From an uncultured Gammaproteobacteria bacterium (GTDB lineage Bacteria; Patescibacteriota; Microgenomatia; UBA10105; UBA927): DNA of 64,000 nt. The stretch is taken from NCBI GenBank assembly GCA_964609895.1, contig CAZSTG010000002.1, positions 84,373 to 148,372 of the forward strand, in the 5' to 3' direction. Positions 19,926 to 28,858 of the stretch are shown in pieces. The first letter of the stretch is position 1; each line of letters opens with the position of its first letter. The notes under the pieces were generated by a model. That model did not search any database. It had not been told where the DNA came from and saw nothing but the letters and a program-made list of their open reading frames with translations. A program made the translations under genes and the position numbers.

Positions 19926-20924
19926 ATGAAAATCGCCCCGATAATTTTATCTGTTTTTGTGTTTATTTCTTTATGTGTTTTTGGTGAATTTGGAGCGGGT
20001 TTATTAATTGCGAACCATGCAGTGAAGTATTATCAGCCGTTAGACATTATTCAGCAGCATGCTGACTCAGAAGATTGGCGTCTTACCATGTCTTTTAATG
20101 AGCATAATTTTGTGTTTGATCCGGTTCTTTTTTGGAAACGGAGTGCATCTGTCCCTTCATCACAAGAGACGCTTCCTGCGACAGCTTCTTGTACGATGCT
20201 TACATATGGAGATTCCAATACACAAGGAATAGGCGGCTCTTGGCCGGCTGAATTACAGAATCTATTTGTGGAGCGGAACATTCCCATTCAGGTTATGAAT
20301 GTCGGGACTATGGGGTATTCGTCTTATCAGGGAATTAGTAGGTATAAAAGTGAAGCATCTCAGTATTCCCATTCCATTATTCTCGTTTCCTTTGGTTGGA
20401 ATGATGCGACCCCCAATATGCAGGTGTCAGACAAAAAGTTTAGTATATATCTGTCTTCATTTATGCGCACATCCTCTTTGCTGATGAAATCAAATCTTTT
20501 TCGTATCATCAAATATTATTCGGATGCATTTGTTCAATCCACATTGCCCGCAGAGCATGAATATTTTCCCCGCGTGTCTCTTGAAGAGTACAAAGACAAT
20601 TTAGAGGAATTCATTGCTGTCGCAAAAAAGAACGGGAGTCAGATTGTGTTTGTGACACGTCCCTATGTTACAAACCAGATCATGGGATCTACCGATACGG
20701 CAGCGTATAACTGGAGGTCACTTGTGCCCATATATAATGAACTGCTTCTTCGTGTTGCAGGGGCGAGGCATATACCGGTCATTGATCTACAGAAATTATT
20801 TGAGGAAGCATTTGGTGCGGCATATTTTGTCGATGATAATCATTTCACAAAAGCTGGGTATGTGGAAGCGGCGAATATCATCGCTTCTGAGCTGTTAAAA
20901 AATGACATACACTGCAGGAACTAG
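19926..20924 (+). CDS. membrane-anchored SGNH/GDSL hydrolase family protein (paralog 4)
   Basis: MLTYGDSNTQG (block I), FGWND (block III) and DDNHFT (block V), with an N-terminal TM. Confidence 0.65.
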   Translation: MKIAPIILSVFVFISLCVFGEFGAGLLIANHAVKYYQPLDIIQQHADSEDWRLTMSFNEHNFVFDPVLFWKRSASVPSSQETLPATASCTMLTYGDSNTQGIGGSWPAELQNLFVERNIPIQVMNVGTMGYSSYQGISRYKSEASQYSHSIILVSFGWNDATPNMQVSDKKFSIYLSSFMRTSSLLMKSNLFRIIKYYSDAFVQSTLPAEHEYFPRVSLEEYKDNLEEFIAVAKKNGSQIVFVTRPYVTNQIMGSTDTAAYNWRSLVPIYNELLLRVAGARHIPVIDLQKLFEEAFGAAYFVDDNHFTKAGYVEAANIIASELLKNDIHCRN

Positions 20925-20985
20925 GACAGTTATTTAGGAAATAACTCTTTTAAGATGATACAATAGGAACGTTCAAGTACAGGGC

Positions 20986-21060
20986 GGCGCGTTGGCGAAG
21001 AGGTAACGCGGGAGTCTGCAAAACTTCTATGCGCCGGTTCGATTCCGGCACGCGCCTCCA
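20986..21060 (+). tRNA. tRNA-Cys (anticodon GCA)
   Basis: Manual fold: acceptor GGCGCGT/ACGCGCC, D stem GCG/CGC, anticodon stem GGAGT/ACTTC with loop CTGCAAA, T arm GCCGG-TTCGATT-CCGGC, discriminator T, encoded CCA. 75 nt. Confidence 0.8.
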
Positions 21061-21062
21061 AA

Positions 21063-21085
21063 ATACCCCTTCTGGGGTATTTTTA
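21063..21085 (+). terminator. intrinsic terminator after tRNA-Cys
   Basis: TACCCC-ttct-GGGGTA followed by TTTTT. Confidence 0.5.
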
Positions 21086-21094
21086 TGTATATAT

Positions 21095-22273
21095 ATGAAG
21101 CAAAAAACGACAGTGCGGAAAATAGCAGTCATAGCCGCGTTTCATTACGCGTGGTTTTGGGTGCCGATCTGGGTGCTTTTTTATAAGCGGTTTACCGATT
21201 ATTCAGGTGTTGCAATACTTGAAGCGTTGTCGATGGTTGCGTTTTTGGCAATGATTGTTCCGGGAGGACTTTTGGCTGATTATCTCGGAAGAAAACGGCT
21301 GCTCATCTTTGCAAGCATTGTGAATGCCATTGGTGCTTCTATCGTAGGGTTTGCCGGTTCATTTGTCTCTGTTGCAATCGGTATTGGCGTTATGAGTTTA
21401 TCCGGCGGTCTTTTTACCGCATCTCTTGAGGCGTTGTTATACGATTTTTTGAAAACGGAAAATCGGGAAGAACAGTATAAAAAGATATGGGGAAAGATGA
21501 CTACTGTACGTATGCTTACTAGCGCAGCTGCAAGTTTCGTTGGAGGATATCTCTATACTATCGATGTCCGGCTTCCATGGTTTGGTGTAGCAGTTATGTC
21601 TTTTCTGGCATTCTTTATTGCTTTCACGCTCAAGGAACCGCGCATTGAAACACCGCATGATTCATTCCCGCAATTTTTACGCGAAGCAGGGAAGGGAATA
21701 ACAGAATTGTTTAGAAAAGATGTTTGGAGGCTTAGTATTCCTCTTTTACTCATTGGTATATTTTTTACAACAGATTCTTCAGGACTCTGGGACATTCAGG
21801 CAGTTGAGTATGGGTTTTCCAGTCAAATACTCGGTGTGCTGCTTACCGCAACCTATCTTTGTCTGGCATTCGTCTCGTGGTACGCGACGAAAATAACCAG
21901 AAAATTTTCTTCGTTTGGCGGGATTTTGTTGTTTGCAGTTATTTGGGCAGTACTCTGGTTTGTTTCAGGAGTAACTGGAGGAATAATCGGTGCGATACTT
22001 CTTACTCTTCGTTCCTCATTTTCAGTTGTTGCTGATGTACAAAGTTCAGGGCTGTGGAACAGCATGATTTCATCACGGGTCAGGGCAACAACTCTGTCAA
22101 CAATCACCATCATCCGTGGACTTCCGTATATTTTGGTCGCGTCAAATATTGGGATGATTATTGATTCCGTCGGAATTGGGTGGCTCATTCGAAGTTTTGC
22201 TGTGCTGATGTTTGTTTTGCTTCTTCCAACCTGTTTTTGGTGGATGACACAAAAGAAACAAACAAAACAGTAA
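21095..22273 (+). CDS. MFS transporter
   Basis: 12-TM profile and LADYLGRKRLL (MFS loop 2-3 motif). ORF 21029..22273 trimmed to the ATG at 21095 to avoid overlapping the tRNA. Confidence 0.8.
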   Translation: MKQKTTVRKIAVIAAFHYAWFWVPIWVLFYKRFTDYSGVAILEALSMVAFLAMIVPGGLLADYLGRKRLLIFASIVNAIGASIVGFAGSFVSVAIGIGVMSLSGGLFTASLEALLYDFLKTENREEQYKKIWGKMTTVRMLTSAAASFVGGYLYTIDVRLPWFGVAVMSFLAFFIAFTLKEPRIETPHDSFPQFLREAGKGITELFRKDVWRLSIPLLLIGIFFTTDSSGLWDIQAVEYGFSSQILGVLLTATYLCLAFVSWYATKITRKFSSFGGILLFAVIWAVLWFVSGVTGGIIGAILLTLRSSFSVVADVQSSGLWNSMISSRVRATTLSTITIIRGLPYILVASNIGMIIDSVGIGWLIRSFAVLMFVLLLPTCFWWMTQKKQTKQ

Positions 22274-22327
22274 GCTTTTCAGGTGGAATTGAAGCAAAAT
22301 CTTGTGATACAATACGTCAGTGTTGAC

Positions 22328-22497
22328 GGGTGACTAGTTTCCACCAAAGGTGGATCAGCCTTTGGCTGACATTGGCGAGCAAGACTAGTTTTACCAAATA
22401 CATAGAGGGTGACTAGTTTCCACCAAAGGTGGATCAGCCTTTGGCTGACATCGGCGAGCAAGACTAGTTTTACCAAATACATAGAGGGTGACTAGTT
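22328..22497 (+). repeat. 79-bp direct tandem repeat, 2.15 copies, with internal hairpins
   Basis: Unit GGGTGACTAGTTTCCACCAAAGGTGGATCAGCCTTTGGCTGACATYGGCGAGCAAGACTAGTTTTACCAAATACATAGAG at 22328-22406 and 22407-22485, plus a 12-nt partial copy. One T/C difference between copies. Hairpins CCACCaaaGGTGG and CAGCCtttGGCTG inside each unit. Confidence 0.85.
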
Positions 22498-22596
22498 CAT
22501 CGGTAGAACGCTTTCCTGATAAGAAAGAGGCGGATGGTCCGACTCCATCGTCACCCACATTACGCCAAGGCTTCGTGTGTGCAGCCACTTACTCAT

Positions 22597-23169
22597 ATGA
22601 TTTTATCTGACGGCGACATAAAAAAAGCACTTGAAGAAAAACGGATTATTATTGATCCCAATCCTGATTTTGCCACGCAGCTCGGTTCCTGCTCCATTGA
22701 TTTCAGGCTCGGTACGAAGTTTCGCGTATTCAACCACAGTAAAGTTGCTTTGATTGATACCAATAAACCTAGCGTCACAAACGATTTGATGACGGAAGTT
22801 GAGATAAAAGACGGTGAGCCGTTTATCTTGCAGCCGGGTGATTTTGTCCTCGCAACCACCATGGAAACATTGACTTTGCCAAACAACTTACTTGCGCGTC
22901 TCGAGGGTCGTTCAAGTTTAGGCAGACTTGGAATTGTGGTTCATTCTACCGCTTCCGTGTTTGATCCGGGGTGGCATGGGGTTGCAGTTTTGGAGCTTGG
23001 CAATCTTGGACGAATGCCGATTGCTCTCTACAGCGGCATGCGTATCTGTTCATTTACGTTTGAGCAGCTTACTTCGGATTCCCAGCATCCGTATCTGACA
23101 AGGGAAACTGCAAAGTATAAAAATCAGAATGCGCCGGTCGTTTCCCAAATCGCGCGCGACCTCGAATAA
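22597..23169 (+). CDS. dcd: dCTP deaminase
   Basis: MILSDGDIKKALEE..IDPNP, and LEGRSSLGRLGIVVHSTASVFDPGWHG is the dUTPase-fold signature. The frame is also open from 22534, which would add a 21-aa N-terminal extension. Confidence 0.85.
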   Translation: MILSDGDIKKALEEKRIIIDPNPDFATQLGSCSIDFRLGTKFRVFNHSKVALIDTNKPSVTNDLMTEVEIKDGEPFILQPGDFVLATTMETLTLPNNLLARLEGRSSLGRLGIVVHSTASVFDPGWHGVAVLELGNLGRMPIALYSGMRICSFTFEQLTSDSQHPYLTRETAKYKNQNAPVVSQIARDLE

Positions 23170-23176
23170 ATTCTTT

Positions 23177-24958
23177 TTATTTCACTGTGACACTTTTTGC
23201 GAGGTTTCGTGGTTTATCCGGATCCAAATTTTTTGCGAGCGCCAGATAATAGGCAAGAAGTTGTCCCGCGATGATGTTGGGAATAATGGTGGCATTTCCT
23301 GCATCTGCCACCTCTATGAATGAATCAAAAATACTGTTTGGTGTATAGGAGATACCGATGATAAAGCCGCCGCGGGCCTTCATCTCCATTGCCGCCGCGA
23401 GATTTGCCGTGTAGGTTTCATCGTTCGGCAAAAAGACGATACAGGGCGTATTTTTTTCAATTAAAGCAATTGCCCCGTGTTTGAGTTCTCCCGCTGCCAG
23501 TCCTTCCGCGTGGATATAGCTGATTTCTTTTATTTTGAGTGCGCTCTCAAGTGCGGCAGGGTATGAGGTACCGCGTCCGACGACAAATAATTGTGTGTGG
23601 TTTTTTATCTGTCCCGCCAGTTTTTGTATGGAAGCGATTGATTGGGGTTCAAGCAGTTTTTTTGTTACAGTGATTGCCGCCGTCAGTACCTTTTTTCCTT
23701 CATCAATGGTTCCTGCTATGTCATATGCAGTGAGAAGGAGTATACCGAGTTTGGTTGTCATGTCTTTGGTTGAGGCAACGGCGATTTCAGGGCCTGCGCC
23801 GCATGGAACAGGGGTATCTGATAATCGCCACAATGTTGATCCATACACATTGACAATGCTCGCAATGGTCGCGTGATGAGAAATGCCTCGTTTGACCGCA
23901 TCAATCAGATCCATAGTCTCGCCGGACTGGGAAAGTGCAACAAGAAGCGACTGTTCGTTTATGAATTCCTCCTGATACGTAAATTCACTGGCAACACAGG
24001 CGTTGATGTGCCTTTTTGCGACCGCTGAAAACAAATATGTCCCTGCAAGACACGCATAATATGCCGTTCCGCATCCGATAAGATACGCACCCCGCGCTTT
24101 CAGAATTGCTGCCGCTGGCGTATGGATATCATCACGGGTAAGTAGCTCCTCGAGAATGGTTGGCTGTTCATGAATTTCTTTTTCCATGAATGTTTCATAG
24201 CCGTTTTTTTCTGCTGCTGTTACATCCCATGTCAATGTTGTGGGTTGTATTTTTTTTTCTTGGCCTGTGATGGCGTCATAGATTTTTATTGTTTCATCGG
24301 TCAGTACCGCCATCTCGTTATCCTCCAAAAAATGCACTTTTTTGGTGTAGGGGAGGAGGCCTGCCGCATCACTTGCCACAAACTGTTCATGGTCGCCGTA
24401 TCCGACGACGAGCGGGGATCCGTTCCGGATCGCGACAATTTGATGCTCGTCATATTTGATGGCGATGATGGCGTTGGAGCCGGTAAACTGGAGAAATGTG
24501 GTACGTACAGCTTCAGTAAACGGTAGAGTTTTTGCCGCATCCTCGATCATATGGGAAGCCACCTCACTGTCTGTTTCCGAGATAAATGTGTGGCTTGCAA
24601 GCAGCGGAGTTTTGAATGCTTCGTAGTTTTCGATGATGCCGTTATGGATGACCGCAATAGTTTTTGTGCAATCAAGGTGCGGATGCGCATTTTCTTTCGT
24701 GACGCCGCCATGTGTTGCCCATCTGGTATGGCCGAATGCGAGAGAGCTGTCAGGCATATCATCAACATTCGCATTCCCAATCTTGCCGATTTCTTTTTTG
24801 ACTATTATTTTATTGGTATGTATTGGCTTATTGGTATGTATTGGTACCATCCCCACCCCCCAGCTGTCATAGCCCCTGTATTCGAGTGTTTTGAGGCCGG
24901 TAAGCACGAGTTTTTGCGCATCAGTCCGTTTTCCGATATATCCGAATATTCCGCACAT
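23177..24958 (-). CDS. glmS: glutamine--fructose-6-phosphate aminotransferase (GlmS)
   Basis: MCGIFGYIG (Cys2 N-terminal nucleophile) and HTRWATHG, two SIS domains, C-terminal KSVTVK. Residues 38-49 (PIHTNKPIHTNK) are encoded by a CCAATA-type DNA repeat. Confidence 0.9.
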   Translation of the reverse strand: MCGIFGYIGKRTDAQKLVLTGLKTLEYRGYDSWGVGMVPIHTNKPIHTNKIIVKKEIGKIGNANVDDMPDSSLAFGHTRWATHGGVTKENAHPHLDCTKTIAVIHNGIIENYEAFKTPLLASHTFISETDSEVASHMIEDAAKTLPFTEAVRTTFLQFTGSNAIIAIKYDEHQIVAIRNGSPLVVGYGDHEQFVASDAAGLLPYTKKVHFLEDNEMAVLTDETIKIYDAITGQEKKIQPTTLTWDVTAAEKNGYETFMEKEIHEQPTILEELLTRDDIHTPAAAILKARGAYLIGCGTAYYACLAGTYLFSAVAKRHINACVASEFTYQEEFINEQSLLVALSQSGETMDLIDAVKRGISHHATIASIVNVYGSTLWRLSDTPVPCGAGPEIAVASTKDMTTKLGILLLTAYDIAGTIDEGKKVLTAAITVTKKLLEPQSIASIQKLAGQIKNHTQLFVVGRGTSYPAALESALKIKEISYIHAEGLAAGELKHGAIALIEKNTPCIVFLPNDETYTANLAAAMEMKARGGFIIGISYTPNSIFDSFIEVADAGNATIIPNIIAGQLLAYYLALAKNLDPDKPRNLAKSVTVK

Positions 24959-24992
24959 AGATATCCGTATCGTACGGGAGCGGGAAGGGGTT

Positions 24993-25009
24993 TGTCAAAC
25001 TATTTGACA
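24993..25009. promoter_or_regulatory. perfect palindrome TGTCAAA-cta-TTTGACA in the glmS divergent promoter (operator candidate)
   Basis: 17-bp palindrome in the 96-bp region between glmS (-) and the cysteine-rich protein gene (+). Confidence 0.35.
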
Positions 25010-25054
25010 GGACAGGAAGGAACGTGAAATAGTAGATAGTAAGGAGAAATTATT

Positions 25055-25549
25055 ATGAAAAAATCTGCTTCCACAGGTCGTTCACAAGACCACGTAAAAC
25101 CCTTTATCGTAGCAATTGGCATCGCATTCACGTTTCTGGCAGTTGTTGTTATTTATATTGCCTTTATGAAAGGCGGACTGGATATCAGAAGCAGAGCCGG
25201 ATCCAATCCGAATCAAAAATATGACTGCGTTCCCGCGAAATTGCAACAATCCATCATTGATGGCAGTACTATCGAAACGATGCAGTGTGAAAGCGGCAGG
25301 GAATTAAATATTTCAAAAAAAACCTGCTGCAAATGGGTGCGGGTAATTCCTTCTTCGGTGAAACCGACGATGTCATGGAAGATGACGTCGACAACATATG
25401 CACCAACGCAAAAAAAAGCTGCGATAGTACCGACGAGAGTGCCCACGAGAGTCCCGACGAAAAAACTGAGGAGCTGTATCAGCGCGGGTAGTCGGTGTAG
25501 TGCGACAACAAAATGCTGTGGGGTATGTGTCAACGGAAAATGTAGATAA
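25055..25549 (+). CDS. membrane-anchored cysteine-rich protein with C-terminal knottin-like (C-C-CC-C-C) domain
   Basis: N-terminal signal anchor, PTRVPTRVPT linker, C-terminal CISAGSRCSATTKCCGVCVNGKCR (C-x6-C-x5-CC-x2-C-x4-C). AGGAGAAA RBS precedes the start. Confidence 0.5.
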   Translation: MKKSASTGRSQDHVKPFIVAIGIAFTFLAVVVIYIAFMKGGLDIRSRAGSNPNQKYDCVPAKLQQSIIDGSTIETMQCESGRELNISKKTCCKWVRVIPSSVKPTMSWKMTSTTYAPTQKKAAIVPTRVPTRVPTKKLRSCISAGSRCSATTKCCGVCVNGKCR

Positions 25550-25590
25550 TCAGTGTGACCGGTTGCACAGAACCGGTATGCTTGCCCTTG

Positions 25591-26241
25591 ATGGAGTATA
25601 AACAAGTGAAATCACACATACATTTTTATATTTCTGTCATGGGCACAATGGGGAGCGGAAAAACAACCGCCGCCCGACTGCTTGCCACGTCTCTAAAATG
25701 CAGACTTCTTGAGGAAAATTTCGGAGAAAATGCGTTTCTTTCCCGATTTTACAGTGACATGAAGCGGTGGGCGTTTCATTCTCAGACATTCTTTTTGATG
25801 GAAAAAATACATCAAATGATGGACACATGTGCGTTATTGAAAACACATTCCATTATTCAGGATACGCCGATTCAACAGGATGCGTTTTCCTATGCCAAAG
25901 CGCAACATGTGTTGGGAAACATCGATGATGCAGAGTGGAAACTCTATCAAAAAATTTATTTTTCCTTTGAGCCGCAATTTCCAAAGCCTGACTGTATCGT
26001 CTATCTTGAGACAACGCTTTCCACCATCTCCAACCGGATAGCATTGCGCGGGCGGGGATATGAACAGAAAATCCCTGACAATTATCTGGAGCTTTTGGAT
26101 ATGCTCAATCACAAATGGCTTAGTGACCAAAAAGATATCCCCGTTGTTACGATTCATACTGATAATCTCAATATTGTCACCAGCAAACGTGCACAACGAG
26201 AACTGGTCGATACGGTGAAGGCCTTTGTGCACACGCTGTAA
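25591..26241 (+). CDS. deoxynucleoside kinase (dCK/dGK family)
   Basis: VMGTMGSGKTT P-loop, and ERS-like motif LETTLSTISNRIALRGRGYEQ. ORF 25555..26241; start chosen at MEYKQ. Confidence 0.7.
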   Translation: MEYKQVKSHIHFYISVMGTMGSGKTTAARLLATSLKCRLLEENFGENAFLSRFYSDMKRWAFHSQTFFLMEKIHQMMDTCALLKTHSIIQDTPIQQDAFSYAKAQHVLGNIDDAEWKLYQKIYFSFEPQFPKPDCIVYLETTLSTISNRIALRGRGYEQKIPDNYLELLDMLNHKWLSDQKDIPVVTIHTDNLNIVTSKRAQRELVDTVKAFVHTL

Positions 26242-26288
26242 ATGCACATTGTTATTTTTGATATAGATTGTTAGAATGGGCGTAATTT

Positions 26289-27317
26289 ATGTTTGCAGGC
26301 GAACTTCGTCCGACGTGCCCAGAAGCATTGAATCAAATGCAAAAAAACGCATTACAGCATGCGTCGGAGTACGAGTTGGCTCATGGCGCGAATTTTCCAC
26401 CTGATTTGATTGCTTCCTTTTGTCCACCTCGTAGTCTTGTCGTTGAATTTGGAGCAGCGAGTGGAGAAAAACTCAAAGCGTTAGGTGATCGTGGTATTCG
26501 TGCATATGGTATTGAACTGAATCCAAAAGCGTCTGATTTGTCGTATGAAGATTTTCATAATCCTGTCTTTCGAGGAGATGTTCGTTCAATAGGACAAGGT
26601 GATGAAAAACCAGGCGGGTTTTATCTTTTTTTAGAAGAACAGGATGGGGTATTGATACAGGCGTTGTTTGCAAATATGCTGGTGGACAAAGATATTTGTC
26701 ATACCATCAGGACTGCTGATGCGTTTCTTCGTCCCAAGGGATATATTTTTATTGCAGAACCCATTCATTATTCCGAATTGTCACTTTTTCCGTTTAAATA
26801 TCTTCCGGAATACACGAGTCAACATCTTGAACAATGGCAGCAAAAATGGTTAGTGCGATATAGAGTGAATGAAGAAGCAGGGCTTCCACATGATGTGTTT
26901 GCAGTAGCGCAAAGTGGTGAATTGTCGAAAGAACAAAAAATGCGAGCTGATTGGGACGAGGATCCGGAACATATCAAATATCTCATTGATTCTTTTTTCT
27001 TTGAACGATATGCACGACACACACGATTTTTGAGGTTGCAGAGATATTTAAAACGGTATCATTTTGCAGAAATGCAAACGTGGCCGACGGTTATGTATGA
27101 CCGATGCGGAAATCCGCTTATTGGTGTTGTGAGCGTGTGGCAAAAAGAAACAGCACATTATAAATACCGTCCGTATCTTCGTGGGGCGCGATATGATGAT
27201 GAAAAACAACAAAGTGCTTGGGTGCGGCGTGAAACTGTAGGGTACGAAGATCCACAGCACTATATAGATCATTATCTGGAATTAGCAAAACAATTTTTAC
27301 CACCGTCGATACAATAA
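26289..27317 (+). CDS. hypothetical protein, possible class I SAM-dependent methyltransferase
   Basis: LVVEFGAASGEKL..GIELNP resembles methyltransferase motifs I and post-I. The rest is unrecognised. Confidence 0.35.
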   Translation: MFAGELRPTCPEALNQMQKNALQHASEYELAHGANFPPDLIASFCPPRSLVVEFGAASGEKLKALGDRGIRAYGIELNPKASDLSYEDFHNPVFRGDVRSIGQGDEKPGGFYLFLEEQDGVLIQALFANMLVDKDICHTIRTADAFLRPKGYIFIAEPIHYSELSLFPFKYLPEYTSQHLEQWQQKWLVRYRVNEEAGLPHDVFAVAQSGELSKEQKMRADWDEDPEHIKYLIDSFFFERYARHTRFLRLQRYLKRYHFAEMQTWPTVMYDRCGNPLIGVVSVWQKETAHYKYRPYLRGARYDDEKQQSAWVRRETVGYEDPQHYIDHYLELAKQFLPPSIQ

Positions 27318-27369
27318 TGGGCAAAATTGATTTCTTTACAACAAAAAAAATAAACAGTATATTCTTGAT

Positions 27370-28062
27370 ATGGCAACAAAAGGGAAATTTGTGGTAATAG
27401 AGGGAACAGACGGATCAGGGAAAGGAACACAGTCACAACTTCTGCAGGAATATCTCAAAACAAATCACGTTCCGTTTGCATTGTTTGATTTTCCCCAATA
27501 TTACAAAACAATCTTCGGTCGGTGGATCGGACGTTTTTTGAAAGGCGATTTCGGCTCCATTGAAAGCAATCATCCGTATATTGTCATGTTTCCGTATGCT
27601 GCTGATCGGTGGCAGGCAAAACCTGACATGGAGCGGGCGCTCGAAGAGGGGAAGATTGTTATCTGCAACAGATATACTAGTTCCGCATCCTATCAGGCGG
27701 CGAGGCTACCGCGGGATGAGCAGATGAAATTTATTGATTGGGCGTACAGTGTGGAATATGATGCGTTTGGTATACCGAGGGAAGATATTGTGGTGTTTCT
27801 GTATGTACCGCACGCAGTTTCCCAAAAACTGATTGAGCAGAAAAACAGCCGAAAATATATGGGGAACGCCCAGAAGAAAGACATTCACGAATCTAATGAC
27901 GCATTAATGCGGGAGGTGGAGCAGGTATACCTCAGGCTGGCCAAACGGTTTCCCCATTGGATTACGATTGATTGCACCAAAAACGGCGCCATCCTTTCCA
28001 AGGAAGAAATTCATCAAAAAATACTTGCTGTGTTGAAACGGAAAAAGATTCTGCCTGCATAA
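27370..28062 (+). CDS. tmk: thymidylate kinase
   Basis: FVVIEGTDGSGKGTQ P-loop and CNRYTSSASYQ (DRY/lid region). Confidence 0.85.
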   Translation: MATKGKFVVIEGTDGSGKGTQSQLLQEYLKTNHVPFALFDFPQYYKTIFGRWIGRFLKGDFGSIESNHPYIVMFPYAADRWQAKPDMERALEEGKIVICNRYTSSASYQAARLPRDEQMKFIDWAYSVEYDAFGIPREDIVVFLYVPHAVSQKLIEQKNSRKYMGNAQKKDIHESNDALMREVEQVYLRLAKRFPHWITIDCTKNGAILSKEEIHQKILAVLKRKKILPA

Positions 28063-28069
28063 TATATGT

Positions 28070-28651
28070 ATGGTGAAAAAACTTCATAAACGGACAAAAG
28101 GAAAGCTCACTGTTATCGCAGGTCCGATGTTTTCTGGGAAAACGGGGAAGTTGGTTGCACTCGTTGATGTTTTCACCCGCATGGGACACTCAGTGCTTAC
28201 GGTAAAACCGAAAATTGATAACAGATACGGCGGAAAAAAAGAAATTCATAGTCATGATCATAAAAGGTCAAAGGCGTTAGTGCTGGACAGCGAGTCAACA
28301 GCAGTGATGATGGGAAAAATTTTGGCAACGGGTGCGGATAAAGTGATTGTTGACGAAGTGCAGTTTTTTGACAGGGAAAAAATAAAATCCGTCATCGTAA
28401 CACTCAAGAAAAAGGGAATACATGTCATCGCTGCAGGACTTTTGTATGACTATAAACGGCAGCCATTTGGGGCAACACCAGACCTTGTAGGGTTGGCTGA
28501 TGAATATCTTGAGCTTATGGCAGTGTGTCAAAAATGTGGCAGTCTTGCTAGACACAGCGAGCGCATGGGAGGTAAAAAAGGAGTTATTGAAGTCGGAGCT
28601 GCAGACAAATACATTGCCGTGTGTGAACGATGTCACAGGATATATAAATAA
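28070..28651 (+). CDS. tdk: thymidine kinase
   Basis: LTVIAGPMFSGKTGKL, VDEVQFFD, and a C-terminal zinc ribbon CQKCG...CERCH. Confidence 0.9.
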   Translation: MVKKLHKRTKGKLTVIAGPMFSGKTGKLVALVDVFTRMGHSVLTVKPKIDNRYGGKKEIHSHDHKRSKALVLDSESTAVMMGKILATGADKVIVDEVQFFDREKIKSVIVTLKKKGIHVIAAGLLYDYKRQPFGATPDLVGLADEYLELMAVCQKCGSLARHSERMGGKKGVIEVGAADKYIAVCERCHRIYK

Positions 28652-28674
28652 TGAAAGGTATATAAGGAGGAAAT

Positions 28675-28857
28675 ATGCATGAAGGTGATCCGAAAGCAAA
28701 AACGCCAGAACTGCCATCTGGTGCAGTAACACAAATCGTTGGAGAAAGCGGTGACACGTATACGAATGTGCAGGTGTTCAATGAAACACTCGGAACACTT
28801 ACGGATCATCTGGTTTCTGACGGCTCACAACCTGTCACGCTTGCCGAAGGAGAATAA
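28675..28857 (+). CDS. hypothetical small acidic protein (60 aa)
   Basis: AAGGAGG sits 7 nt upstream of the ATG at 28675. The stop TAA is 1 nt before the udp ATG, so the two look translationally coupled. No recognisable domain. Confidence 0.4.
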   Translation: MHEGDPKAKTPELPSGAVTQIVGESGDTYTNVQVFNETLGTLTDHLVSDGSQPVTLAEGE

Positions 28858-28858
28858 C

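Noticed and set aside
21029-21094. 5' extension of the MFS transporter ORF overlapping tRNA-Cys
   Set aside because: The called ORF start lies inside the tRNA. The ATG at 21095 just after the tRNA terminator (protein MKQKTT...) is the plausible start.
22328-22497. Possible CRISPR array
   Set aside because: Only 2.15 directly abutting copies with no unique spacers and no cas genes nearby. A plain tandem repeat.
22279-22588. Two overlapping minus-strand ORFs (22279..22482, 22391..22588) sharing the peptide TLYVFGKTSLAR
   Set aside because: They are produced by the 79-bp tandem DNA repeat. The duplicated peptide reflects repeat units, not a gene.
24959-25054. glmS ribozyme in the glmS 5' UTR
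   Set aside because: Only about 96 nt separate glmS from the divergent gene. I could not recognise the conserved glmS ribozyme core. The region instead contains a simple palindrome.
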